The notes under the pieces were generated by a model that saw only the letters and a program-made list of their open reading frames with translations, made no database searches and was not told the origin of the DNA. Of a stretch of DNA of 64,000 nt, positions 54,285 to 63,998 are shown one piece after another (the stretch's first letter is position 1; each line of letters begins with the position of its first letter). Both the position numbers and the translations under genes were made by a program. The stretch is from Trueperaceae bacterium (GTDB lineage Bacteria; Deinococcota; Deinococci; Deinococcales; Trueperaceae): assembly GCA_034520945.1 (NCBI GenBank), contig JAXHNB010000006.1:896001-960000 (forward strand). Reading direction: 5' to 3'.

Positions 54285-55086
54285 GGCCCTGTTCACACTA
54301 GGTGTTGTGATGCGGTATGCAGCTTTCGGAGGAGCAGTTCGCGCTGGTCGAGCACCTGTTGCCCAAACAGCGTGGCAATGTCTGGATCGACAACATGACG
54401 TTCCTGAACGCGATTCTCTACGTCGCCGTGAACGGGTGCACTTGGCGTTGATTGCCCAAGAAGTACGGCCGGTGGCACACGGTCTACACCCGCATGAGGA
54501 GATGGGCGGACAACGGCGTGTTGGACAGGGTGTTCGAGGAACTCCAGTTGTTGAACATCTTGAAGGTGAAGATCGAGGTGGTCGCCATCGACAGCACCAA
54601 CATCAAGGTGTACCCCGACGGGACGGGCGCGCTGAACAAGGGGGGCCGCAAGCCATTGGATGCAGCCGCGGCGGGCGGGGCAGCAAGCTTCATCTGGCTG
54701 CCGCGGGCCGGGGGTAGGTCCTCGGCTTCGCGTTGACGCCCGGCCAAGCGCACGACGCGCCACCCGGACGCGACCTGCTGCAGGAGATCGGCCTGGACAA
54801 CATGCAACTCCCGCTGATCATGGATCGCGCCTATGAGGGCAACGAGACACGATGGTTGGCGCAGTCCCTCGGCTTCGATCCGGTCGTGCCGCCCCTGCAG
54901 ACGCGCCGGGACCCCAGGGCGTACGACACGGAGCTGTACAAGCGCCGCAACGAGATCGAGCGCCTGTTCGGCCGCATCAAACGCTTCAGGCGCGTCTTCA
55001 CCCGCTACGACAAGACCGACCTCATGTTCAGCGCCTTCATCACCCTCGTCTTCATTGTGGACCTACTCCGCAGTGTGAACACGCCC
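54285..55086 (+). mobile_element. IS5-family (IS427-like, two-ORF) insertion sequence with inactivated transposase
   Basis: IRL GGCCCTGTTCACACT vs reverse-complemented IRR GGGCGTGTTCACACT (13/15); TA on both flanks. orfA from ATG 54317 has TGA at 54449; orfB frame has TAG at 54715 and ends YKRRNEIERLFGRIK. Confidence 0.9.
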
Positions 55087-55126
55087 TAGCCGCCAGGTAC
55101 TTGACGTTCTCCACCCCATCAAGACC

Positions 55127-55876
55127 GATCGCGCTGTGGGCGGCGTGGGCGTTGCCATTGCGTAGGAGGCTGGTCAGGACGTACTGATCGGCCTCCTGCT
55201 GGAACTGGATGGCGGCGACCAGCGGCAGGTAGCAGTGCCCGCCGTAGAAGCCGTTGAACAGTGCGCCCTGCTGGGTGCCGTGCGTGGGGTCGTCGGTGCC
55301 GTCCAGGTCGATCGTGATGCGTTTCGCCCGGCCCCGCCGGCGCGTGCGGTGCCGCTCGATCACGCACTCGGCGAGCGCGACGCCCATCTCGAACACTTCG
55401 CGCCGGGTCACGTCGTTCTCGAAGCGCGACAGGGTCGGTTGCGACGCGAGGTCCCGCCCGCCCTCGGGGTCCCGGTCCAACACCAGCTTGTGCATAGGGT
55501 CGTCCCGCAGGCGATCGGCGTCGTTGCCGTCCTCGTACCCGCACGCGATCCCCACCACCCGCTGGCGGACCACGTCCCGAAGAGGGTGCTGCACGCGTTC
55601 CGGGTTTCGCCGGTCCACCAGGACCGACGCCATCGCGTTCGTCAAGCCCAGCCGATCGTCCGCGCCGCGCAACAAGACCGCGCCCCCGTCGCTGGTACTC
55701 ACCGGGTGATCGAACCGGGCGACGACCGGCTTGGTGAACCACCCCTCGAACAGAACCGACTGTCGCGTGCTATCCTCGCTCATTAGAAGGCCTCCAACGT
55801 GTAGAAAGTTCGTGCCTCACACCCTTTCTACCACGTTGGAGGCCTTCACTCCTTCAAGACTCATGAATTATCCCGG
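55127..55876 (-). mobile_element. Truncated IS1380-family copy (left end plus 5' half of transposase)
   Basis: Homologous to 57513-58262; IR CCGGGATAATTCATGAG at 55860-55876 flanked by CTAG; homology ends at about 55127. Confidence 0.9.
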
Positions 55877-56011
55877 CTAGACAAACCCAACCCCGCCAAC
55901 GTACAACCTGAACCGAGCAACACCTGAGTCAAGCTCGCGAAAGGACCTGAGCAAAGCTAGTGAGAAGTGACAGCGTGCCGGCGCCCCTCGCGAGCCCCGT
56001 ATGATCGAGCC

Positions 56012-56494
56012 ATGATCCGCCTACGCAGCCTCATCCTCACCAGCCTCGCCAGCCTGCTGTTGGCCCCCGCCCACGCGGACGACCTGTCGAGTCTTCGCAA
56101 CGAGAACCTCCAAGCGATCTCCTTCTACTGCGTTGAGACGCGCATCCATTGGGATCGGCATCAGGATTTCGTAGAATCCGCCGTCAAATCCGAGTTCGCA
56201 GCCGTCGCACGCGATCGCGGATTCCCGCTGGTCGACTGTTCCGACGCCGACGGCTGGATCTACGCCATCATCGAGGTCGAGCCTCAAGGCGTTGCCATGA
56301 GACTCGAAGTAGTTCAGATGCTCCCTTTAGCCAACCCACTCGGCGGAGTGCTCGTGGCTCCGACGCTCTGGTCGGCAAGCTACCTGACGACCTACCCGGG
56401 CACCCCCTCCGACTCGGTGATTCCCGACGTTGTCGTTGGCGGCACCAGCGGCCTCTTCCAAGCCCTGATCCACAACTGGCGCGACGCCAAATGA
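56012..56494 (+). CDS. Secreted hypothetical protein
   Basis: Signal peptide MIRLRSLILTSLASLLLAPAHA; two Cys. Confidence 0.7.
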   Translation: MIRLRSLILTSLASLLLAPAHADDLSSLRNENLQAISFYCVETRIHWDRHQDFVESAVKSEFAAVARDRGFPLVDCSDADGWIYAIIEVEPQGVAMRLEVVQMLPLANPLGGVLVAPTLWSASYLTTYPGTPSDSVIPDVVVGGTSGLFQALIHNWRDAK

Positions 56495-56538
56495 ACGAGC
56501 CCCTCGGGCCGAATCACAGAATCCCCTCCAGGCACTAG

Positions 56539-58262
56539 CGCGATTTATTCATGAGAGGCGTGCTTAGGGGGTTTCGGGGGGGCGGGGGGGTTGGGCGTCG
56601 TGATTCCGGGGTGGGGGCTTGTCGGTGGGCGCGGTGGGGTCTCGTTGGAGGCGTTGAGGGCAGTTCGGGCGTCGTGAACGGCGAATTTTTGGTGTCGAAG
56701 GGCCGGTTGGGGTGTAGGGGGTCCGCTCGCCGCCGGAGTTCGGCGTCGACGGGACACACGGCGGGGGTCTTGGTCCGCCTTGGCGTGGGTCAGGCGGTGG
56801 TGGTGGCCTGGAGGGAGCTTGCCACGCGGGCCCATTCGCGCCGCCAGGGCGCGTCGCGGGGGAGGTGCAGCACGATGCGGCGGGTGGAGGTCTTGATCCA
56901 CGCGCCGAGCTTGATGAGGCGTTCGCGGAGGGTGCCCGCGTACGCGCGGGCGAGGCCGGTGCCGGTCGCGTGCAGCCGGAGTTCCTGGTAGAGGGCGTAC
57001 GCGGCGGTGTGGACCAGCAGGCGGGCTTGGTTGGCGAGGAACCGCGTGCAGCTGAGCCGGCCTGCGGCGAGGTGCTCCTGGAGTTCTTTGAGGCGGTTCT
57101 CGACGTCGCCGCGCTTGGCGTAGATGCGGCGGTAGACGGTCTCCGGGTCGGCGCTGATGTTGGTGATGATGAAGCGGGGGTTGTCGCGCGCCTCCCGTCC
57201 GGGGTACCGGGTGACCTCCGCCTTGTACGCGACCTTTCTCTTGTGCGGCCAGCTGCGCGCCTGGTAGGGGGCGTGCCCGTACCGGCGTTTGCTCTGCCCG
57301 CTCGCCCGGCTGGCCTGGCGGGCTTCTTCTAGGAGGGGTTCCGCGAGGCGTTCCAGCACCGCGTTCTTGGCCGGCGCCACTACGAACTCCACGCCTTCTT
57401 CTTCGAGGAACGAGAAGATCTCGGGCGTGGCGAACCCGCCGTCCAACCGCACCCGCAAGCGCGCCTTCGGGAACGCATCGCGGAGGCGCACCAGGATGCG
57501 CCGCAGCAGGGGGATCGCGCCGTGGGCGGCGTGGGCGTTGCCATTGCGTAGGAGGCTGGTCAGGACGTACTGGTCCGCTTTCTGCTCGAACTGCATGGCG
57601 GCGACCAGCGGCAGGTAGCAGTGCCCGCCGTAGAAGCCGTTGAACAGTGCGCCCTGCTGGGTGCCGTGCGTGGGGTCGTCGGTGCCGTCCAGGTCGACCG
57701 TGATGCGTTTCGCCCGGCCCCGCCGGCGCGTGCGGTGCCGCTCGATCACGCACTCGGCGAGCGCGACGCCCATCTCGAACACTTCGCGCCGGGTCACGTC
57801 GTTCTCGAAGCGCGACAGGGTCGGTTGCGACGCGAGGTCCCGCCCGCCCTCGGGGTCCCGGTCCAACACCAGCTTGTGCATAGGGTCGTCCCGCAGGCGA
57901 TCGGCGTCGTTGCCGTCCTCGTACCCGCACGCGATCCCCACCACCCGCTGGCGGACCACGTCCCGAAGAGGGTGCTGCACGCGTTCCGGGTTTCGCCGGT
58001 CCACCAGGACCGACGCCATCGAGGTCGTCAAGTCCAGCCGATCGTCCGCGCCACGAAGCAGGACCGCGCCCCCATCACTCGTGCCGAGCGGCTGATCGAA
58101 CATGGCGACCAGCGGCTTCGTGAACCACCCTTCGAACAAGACAGGCTGTCGCGTGCTATCCTCGCTCACTAGAAGGCCTCCAACGTGTAGAAAGTTTGTG
58201 CCTCACACGCTTTCTACCACGTTCGAGGCCTTCACGCTTTCAAGACTCACGATTTATCCGCG
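56539..58262 (-). mobile_element. Full-length IS1380-family insertion sequence
   Basis: Imperfect terminal IRs CGCGATTTATTCATGAG / CGCGGATAAATCGTGAG (12/17) around a 459-aa DDE transposase; flanks are CTAG and TTAA. Confidence 0.88.
56790..58169 (-). CDS. IS1380-family transposase
   Basis: SDGG, GYEDGND, LASQPTLSRFEN, VDLDGTDD, RLDGGF, YAKRGDVENRLKE. Confidence 0.93.
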   Translation of the reverse strand: MSEDSTRQPVLFEGWFTKPLVAMFDQPLGTSDGGAVLLRGADDRLDLTTSMASVLVDRRNPERVQHPLRDVVRQRVVGIACGYEDGNDADRLRDDPMHKLVLDRDPEGGRDLASQPTLSRFENDVTRREVFEMGVALAECVIERHRTRRRGRAKRITVDLDGTDDPTHGTQQGALFNGFYGGHCYLPLVAAMQFEQKADQYVLTSLLRNGNAHAAHGAIPLLRRILVRLRDAFPKARLRVRLDGGFATPEIFSFLEEEGVEFVVAPAKNAVLERLAEPLLEEARQASRASGQSKRRYGHAPYQARSWPHKRKVAYKAEVTRYPGREARDNPRFIITNISADPETVYRRIYAKRGDVENRLKELQEHLAAGRLSCTRFLANQARLLVHTAAYALYQELRLHATGTGLARAYAGTLRERLIKLGAWIKTSTRRIVLHLPRDAPWRREWARVASSLQATTTA

Positions 58263-58492
58263 TTAAGTGGATCGTCGAGCCGGAACCCTCCTCCGTGTGC
58301 GTCGAAGGGCGCTCAGACGGGCCTGCGCCCCCCTCCACGTGTCCACGGCCGTCCATCCACGCGGCGTTTCGAGCCTGTCGTGTACGAGGGCTTCACGGTG
58401 GCTTTCGGGGGGCTTTGGAACGGCATCGGACTGCTACGCGGGTCCCGTACCCGCCCAAACCGTACGGCTTTCAACCTGCTAGCGTTGAGTAC

Positions 58493-59152
58493 ATGTCAAG
58501 GCCAGTACTTGCCGTCGGATCGATCGCTCTGGCTCTCTTCCTTGTCGCGATTGTCGCGCTGGCGATACAGAAGCCCGACGTAGGGAATGCGTTGGTAGCA
58601 GCGGGCACGCTGGGCCTGGCCAGCGTAGCTTTGGCGCAAGTCTTCTCCGACGCTCGTGCGCGGGAGCTGGATCGTAGGCTCGCCCTCTCGTGGAAGGACG
58701 TCGATCTGACCAGTGACGGCAGCCTCCGGCTCCGGATGGTCGCGAACCTTGGGAATTATCCCGTCGTCGTCCGCTACTTCGCCATCGTCAATCGCCAAGG
58801 TGAGCGGATCGCCCACAAATTCGGACCCGTTCTCGCCCTACCTCCAGGCCGTGCCGACGGGCACCAAGTGAGCCTTGCCGCCACGAATCCCCGTTTGCTG
58901 GAGGACATGTACGACCGGGTCCCCGCCCAGGTTCTTGAGAAGGAGCGCTGGCTCGATGAAGCTTACAAGGTGCACCTCGTCATTCAGCACGGAGGGCGGC
59001 CGGGCGCCGACATTCACGCGTGCATGCCTGTCGGGCGTGTAATCAAGCAGGGCCTGCAGGTCGCCTTCTCGCACGTTCGCGTGGACTATGACGTGCGACC
59101 ACCGAGAGCCCCCCAATCGGTTGATGAGGATGAAGCCATCGGTGCCGGATAG
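58493..59152 (+). CDS. Hypothetical protein with two N-terminal TM helices
   Basis: MSRPVLAVGSIALALFLVAIVALAI...ALVAAGTLGLASVALAQV followed by a beta-rich domain (LRMVANLGNYPVVV). Confidence 0.7.
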   Translation: MSRPVLAVGSIALALFLVAIVALAIQKPDVGNALVAAGTLGLASVALAQVFSDARARELDRRLALSWKDVDLTSDGSLRLRMVANLGNYPVVVRYFAIVNRQGERIAHKFGPVLALPPGRADGHQVSLAATNPRLLEDMYDRVPAQVLEKERWLDEAYKVHLVIQHGGRPGADIHACMPVGRVIKQGLQVAFSHVRVDYDVRPPRAPQSVDEDEAIGAG

Positions 59153-59576
59153 GTCCAGATGGCCACAAGCCGGAAACCGGCATCGGACAACCAAATGGTC
59201 GGTGGGCGTCTGCATTGGCCTCAGCTTCACCACCTCGCCCTGCCGACGTGGGCAACTCTTTCGCTCGGCCCACAGAGGGAAGGCGCGAGTGGCGGTGCTG
59301 CCGAACTGTAAGGCACCGGAAGCGTCGTTACTGCCGGTTGCGCCTGGCTACACCGTCGCGACATCGCCGACAGTGCCGCGGGAGTGGCGACAAGACGTGT
59401 TGTCACAACCTGGAGACACACGACCTAGCTGGGCAAAACGACAGTGATTGGATCAGTGTTCAAGAAGTGACAGCTCGACGCCCTTCACAAACAAGGTGAC
59501 TCAAGCATTGGTGTTTGGTGCTCTACCGCCAAATAGCATGGCCTGATGTGTAGGAGCGGCATGCGAGACTAAGTGC

Positions 59577-62500
59577 GTGCCAGAACCAGGAGCGCTTGCA
59601 GCAGCATGGGTCATTGGATCGCTACTGGTGGAAATTGCAAAGGCAGAGGCATCTAGCTTCATCCGAAGGGCCGCGGGCGCTGGGCCTGTGGAACGTGCGG
59701 CGCAGACCACTGGAAAGCACTTTGTTGACAAATACGACGGTGTGGCTGACCAAGTACAGCAGTGGGGGCAATCGAGGGCGTTCGAGGTACTTCTGGAGCG
59801 GGCTCGCCGGGGTGAACCCGTAGACTTGCCGCGAGTTGCCGTAGGAAGCTTCGTCGAGGAATCTGGCTTCGATAGCGGCGAAAATCGCAGTACGGAGGAA
59901 GAGGCCGCAGCGGTGTTGCGTTACTTCCTTGAGGAACTCAAGAGGGAGTTGTACGGGCCTGGAACCGTGGCTGTGATGCAACATGTCGATGCTAAGTTTG
60001 AAGATCTTGAGCGCCGTACGTTACCTAAGCTTCTCGGCACCGATGAGCAACATGGTGGCCCGATTCCTGGCTACGAGGAGTGGCAGGTTCGTCTCGACGT
60101 AGTGAAACGCATGCTGACGCGTGGGCACCTAGACTCTGCCCAAGAGATGTTGAGTGACATCCAGAAGGAGGTGGAGGAGAAGGGAATTGACCTTCCAGCG
60201 ACGCTACGGTTTCGTCTGGACACGAACTTGGGAGCTGTCTACCTCCACAACGACTGTCTTGAACATGCTGCTGAGGCGTTTGTCAGGGCCTTCGAGCACG
60301 AGAATGATTCCGCACGCGCCCTAGCCCATCGCGCCTACGCCGAGCTCATCAGGGATAATCCGGCAGGCGCAAGCGCGTACGTCGAAATGGCGCTTCGGAA
60401 AGACCCCGATCACGACGTTGCGTTGGCGACGTTGGCTCACACCCTTGAAGCACAAGGGCGAGACGCCGAAGCAACACAGTTGTGGGACAAGGCGAGTTTG
60501 GAGAAGCCTGAACTGCTTGTCGCGCTGTGTTATGTCGAATTATCCAAGAGGGAATACGACCGCGTCGAAGCGAAGCTAAGCGGTTACCAAGTCGATGCTT
60601 GCGAGAGTCCGCGATTGGGGGTTGCCCATGCCCATGCGCTTCTTGGGCCGTTGATTGAGGTCTATAGAGCGGATCACCCCCCATCAGATGCCATTCCAGA
60701 AGCCCACCTCAGTAGGCTGCGCAATGCTCTGGCCATCCTAGATTCTGTCTTGGAGCCTGACTCGGCGCCACTACCTCTAGAGTCTCGGGTGCAAGCCCTG
60801 TCGCTACGGGGGCTGGCACTAAGTGCGCTTGGACGGCGGGACCAGGCCATTTCAGACTGGGAGCGATTGCTGGCAATGCGTCCGAACGATCCCCCGACGC
60901 TCCACAATCTCTTCGTGGCGTACCTCTCGGCTGACCGCGAAGGCGCAGCAGAGGGGGCCTTCTTGCAGTTGCCTACGGAACAGCGAGATCTGCCTGTGGT
61001 ACTCGCTTACTGCGAACTTCTGGTTTCGCAAGGAAGGACTGACAAAGCTGCTGGGTGGTTGGCGCCCTTGGAGCGCGACTCGCCAAATGGCAGTGAGGAG
61101 CGCGACTTAATTGCCGCCACCCGAGCGGTGCTAATTGCCGAATTAGAAGGTAATGATGCAGCTGTTGGATTCCTCGATGCTGAGCTGCGTCGTTGTGGTG
61201 TGTCCGCCGTTGCTTGGGCTTACCTTGGAGAACTCCAAGCTCGGTGTGGCAATTTCGAAGGTGCGATACAAGCGTTTGACACGGCTCTAGCACGAGCGAC
61301 CGGAAACACTCGCATGCGTATTGAGCGTGCATTTGCAGGGTTGTTGGCCGCCAGGGGCGAGGTCAGGCGTGCAGCGGAGATTGCGCAAGGGCTAGCACAG
61401 CGCACGAATAGTGAACGCGACTGGGATATGTACGTGTGGTGCCTCTACGAGGCGAGGGAGTTCCCTGCCATTCACCAGGCCATTGACGACCTCACGCGGC
61501 TGGGTGTGCCTCAGACGGCGACGGTGCGTGAGGTCCGGGCCAGATTAGCCATCTTTGAAGGGGACTTGGCATCGGCACGATCGCAGTTCGAGGCGTTGGC
61601 AAGGGATTATCCGGCTCAAGCGTTCGAAGTTGATGTTGCGATCATTCATGTCCGGTTAGGGAATTTCGAGGCGGCCGTCAGAGTCGTTAGTCGTATGGAA
61701 ATGGGATCGCTTGAGGGGCGGGCATTGCTACGTGCGATATCGGTCCTGAACGTTTCAGGGCGCCAAGATCTCGCGCTGCCATATGCGTATGCCGCCCTCC
61801 GAGAGCGCTTCACCGATCCTGAAGTTCACCATCTCTATTTGGCTGTGTTTTTCGCGGCGGAGCGTGAGGGCCGCATCCGTGACCCAAAGGTCGTCGAGGT
61901 TGGGACGGCTGTACGATTGCAGATGGACCTTGGTGCACGCTGGGTCAGCATACTTTCGGACCCAAAGCCCTATCTCTTGGGGAGCGAATTTGGTCCGGAT
62001 CACCCAGCCTCGAAAGCGCTCCTTGGGCTTGCCGTTGGTGACGAGGTCTATCTTCCGAACGGTGAAGCCGATGGCTCTACCGCAGTTCTCGTAGAGATCC
62101 AAGACAAATTCGTTCGGGCCTTCCAGGATGTAATCACAGACTACCGAAGCCGCTTTCCTGAGGACAAGAGCCTACAGAAGTACACTGCCGACCTAGATAG
62201 CCTTAATCCGTTGGGTGGTGTGCTGGAGCATGTCGTTCAGCGAAACGACGTTGTGACGCGCGCGCTTGAGAACTACCGCTCGGACGTACTTCTCACAGTT
62301 GGTAGCGTCGCAAACGCCACACGGCAATCGTACTTCGCAGTGTGCGAAGCCTTCATTGCTGACAGGGCGCTCGCACTCGATTCCACTACTCATGCGCCTT
62401 CGGAGCTAAGCTCAGGAGAGGCTCTCGTGGCACATCCCGGAGCCGTGGTCGAACTCACGTCCTTAATGCTGTTGCACTGGCTTGGGCTCGGTGAGGCGTT

Positions 62501-63347
62501 CGCTCGAACACTTGGGCCCTTGTATGTCCCACAAGCCACCGTCGACTTGCTCCGACAAGAACTCCAAGACTTCCGTCAAGAGGAGCAGCAGGCGGGGACG
62601 TTAACAATGCACGATGGTCGGTTGGTGATGCATGATTCAGACCAGCAAGATCTGCATGCAAGGCGGCGCCTGCGAGAGGAACTGCTTGAGTTTGTTACCT
62701 CGCGCTGCCGGATCGTTCCAGTCCGCGCGCTGACGCGTCGTCCGGCTAATGAGCTAGAAGCGTTGTCAACGCTGTGGTCGGACAGTGCGTATGGTAGCGT
62801 CCTGGCCGCTCAGGAACGTGGCTTGCCTCTGGTGTCCGATGATCGGAAGCTCCGTGCGTGGGCCGAGAACCTGTTCCAAGTCAGCAATGTGAGTAGTCTG
62901 GTACTACTGGGTGTCCTACAGCGCAAACAACAACTCGCGGGCTTCGACTACCATGCGATCGCAATCGAGTTGGCCCGCATGAACGTTCAAGTACCGTGGA
63001 TTACCTTCGAAACCTTGCAACGAGCCATGAACGAGAGCGGTTATGTGGTCACAGAGGACGTCCGATGCCTTCTTTCTGCGTTGGCGCAACCACGTGTGAG
63101 TGCTCGATATGCCACCGGCGTCCTCGTGCGGCTCTTGAAGGACGTTTTTGTCGTAGGTCGGCCAGCAATCTCTCGACTGGCTTGGGTGGAAGCCTGTCTT
63201 GACTGCCTGTGTGAACACAGGACGCTGCAAGACGTGATGCCGCTGGTCAGGGGCTTCATTTCACATCATTTCGAGCTGCTACCGTTGCATGAACGCGAAG
63301 CGGTGAGGCTTGTTGAGGCGTGGTATGCACGCCGCTTGCGTACATAG
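59577..63347 (+). CDS. TPR-GreA/B-C-terminal-PIN domain protein (candidate conflict/anti-phage protein)
   Basis: Long TPR array; GreA/B-C-like VEVGTAV...DHPASKALLGLAVGDEV...LVEI; PIN-like VVELTSL...LYVPQAT...SVLAAQERGLPLVSDD. Confidence 0.8.
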   Translation: MPEPGALAAAWVIGSLLVEIAKAEASSFIRRAAGAGPVERAAQTTGKHFVDKYDGVADQVQQWGQSRAFEVLLERARRGEPVDLPRVAVGSFVEESGFDSGENRSTEEEAAAVLRYFLEELKRELYGPGTVAVMQHVDAKFEDLERRTLPKLLGTDEQHGGPIPGYEEWQVRLDVVKRMLTRGHLDSAQEMLSDIQKEVEEKGIDLPATLRFRLDTNLGAVYLHNDCLEHAAEAFVRAFEHENDSARALAHRAYAELIRDNPAGASAYVEMALRKDPDHDVALATLAHTLEAQGRDAEATQLWDKASLEKPELLVALCYVELSKREYDRVEAKLSGYQVDACESPRLGVAHAHALLGPLIEVYRADHPPSDAIPEAHLSRLRNALAILDSVLEPDSAPLPLESRVQALSLRGLALSALGRRDQAISDWERLLAMRPNDPPTLHNLFVAYLSADREGAAEGAFLQLPTEQRDLPVVLAYCELLVSQGRTDKAAGWLAPLERDSPNGSEERDLIAATRAVLIAELEGNDAAVGFLDAELRRCGVSAVAWAYLGELQARCGNFEGAIQAFDTALARATGNTRMRIERAFAGLLAARGEVRRAAEIAQGLAQRTNSERDWDMYVWCLYEAREFPAIHQAIDDLTRLGVPQTATVREVRARLAIFEGDLASARSQFEALARDYPAQAFEVDVAIIHVRLGNFEAAVRVVSRMEMGSLEGRALLRAISVLNVSGRQDLALPYAYAALRERFTDPEVHHLYLAVFFAAEREGRIRDPKVVEVGTAVRLQMDLGARWVSILSDPKPYLLGSEFGPDHPASKALLGLAVGDEVYLPNGEADGSTAVLVEIQDKFVRAFQDVITDYRSRFPEDKSLQKYTADLDSLNPLGGVLEHVVQRNDVVTRALENYRSDVLLTVGSVANATRQSYFAVCEAFIADRALALDSTTHAPSELSSGEALVAHPGAVVELTSLMLLHWLGLGEAFARTLGPLYVPQATVDLLRQELQDFRQEEQQAGTLTMHDGRLVMHDSDQQDLHARRRLREELLEFVTSRCRIVPVRALTRRPANELEALSTLWSDSAYGSVLAAQERGLPLVSDDRKLRAWAENLFQVSNVSSLVLLGVLQRKQQLAGFDYHAIAIELARMNVQVPWITFETLQRAMNESGYVVTEDVRCLLSALAQPRVSARYATGVLVRLLKDVFVVGRPAISRLAWVEACLDCLCEHRTLQDVMPLVRGFISHHFELLPLHEREAVRLVEAWYARRLRT

Positions 63348-63449
63348 AGCGATTCACCATGCCGTGGCGCTCGTGCCGCTACGCACTGGGGTCGCGCGTC
63401 CTGCGCGTGCTCGACACTGAGCGTGCCGAGTGGCGAGGGGGCGTTCACG

Positions 63450-63998
63450 TCAGTACTCCCAGTTCTCGTGCGCCAGTGGGCCTTGGTTGAGTTCGTCGCG
63501 GCGTAGGCGCCAGTGGGGCATGACTTCGTCCATGATGGCGACGAAGCGGGGGCCGTGGTGGCGTTCTCGGAGGTGGACCATCTCGTGTACGAGTACGTAT
63601 TCGAGGCAGGCTGGTGGCTTCTTGGCGAGTTCGAGGTTCAGCCAGATCCGTTGGGCGTCGGGGTTGCAGCTGCCCCATTTGGTCTTCATGCGTTTGATGC
63701 CCCAGTGGGCTGGCTGGACGCCAATGGTGGGTTCCCAGGTGGCGATGAGGTCGGGGATGCGTTCGCGTAGGTGGTTTCGGTACCAGCGGTTGAGGATCTC
63801 GCGTCGTTTGGAGGGGTCGGTGTCGGGCCTAACGCGTAGGTGGAGGGTGGTGTTCCCGCGGATCGCAATGGAGGGTGGTCCCTCGTGGTGGGTGACGGAG
63901 AGCCGGTAGCGTTGGCCGAACAGGTAGTGGCTTTCGCCGGTGACCATGTCGCGTTGGGATTGGCGTGCTTGCGTTTGGAACGCTGTGCGCTGGCGTTT
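63450..63998 (-). CDS. YgjP/DUF45 (M48/SprT-like) metallopeptidase, 5' end outside the window
   Basis: GESHYLFG, IKRMKTKWGSC, LNLEL, YVLVHEMVHL..HHGPRF; frame is open to the window edge. Confidence 0.9.
   Translation of the reverse strand, partial: KRQRTAFQTQARQSQRDMVTGESHYLFGQRYRLSVTHHEGPPSIAIRGNTTLHLRVRPDTDPSKRREILNRWYRNHLRERIPDLIATWEPTIGVQPAHWGIKRMKTKWGSCNPDAQRIWLNLELAKKPPACLEYVLVHEMVHLRERHHGPRFVAIMDEVMPHWRLRRDELNQGPLAHENWEY

Noticed and set aside
55052..55783. 243-aa ORF as a functional transposase
   Set aside because: It is truncated before the later catalytic residues, and its tail reads into unrelated DNA and the IS5 end.
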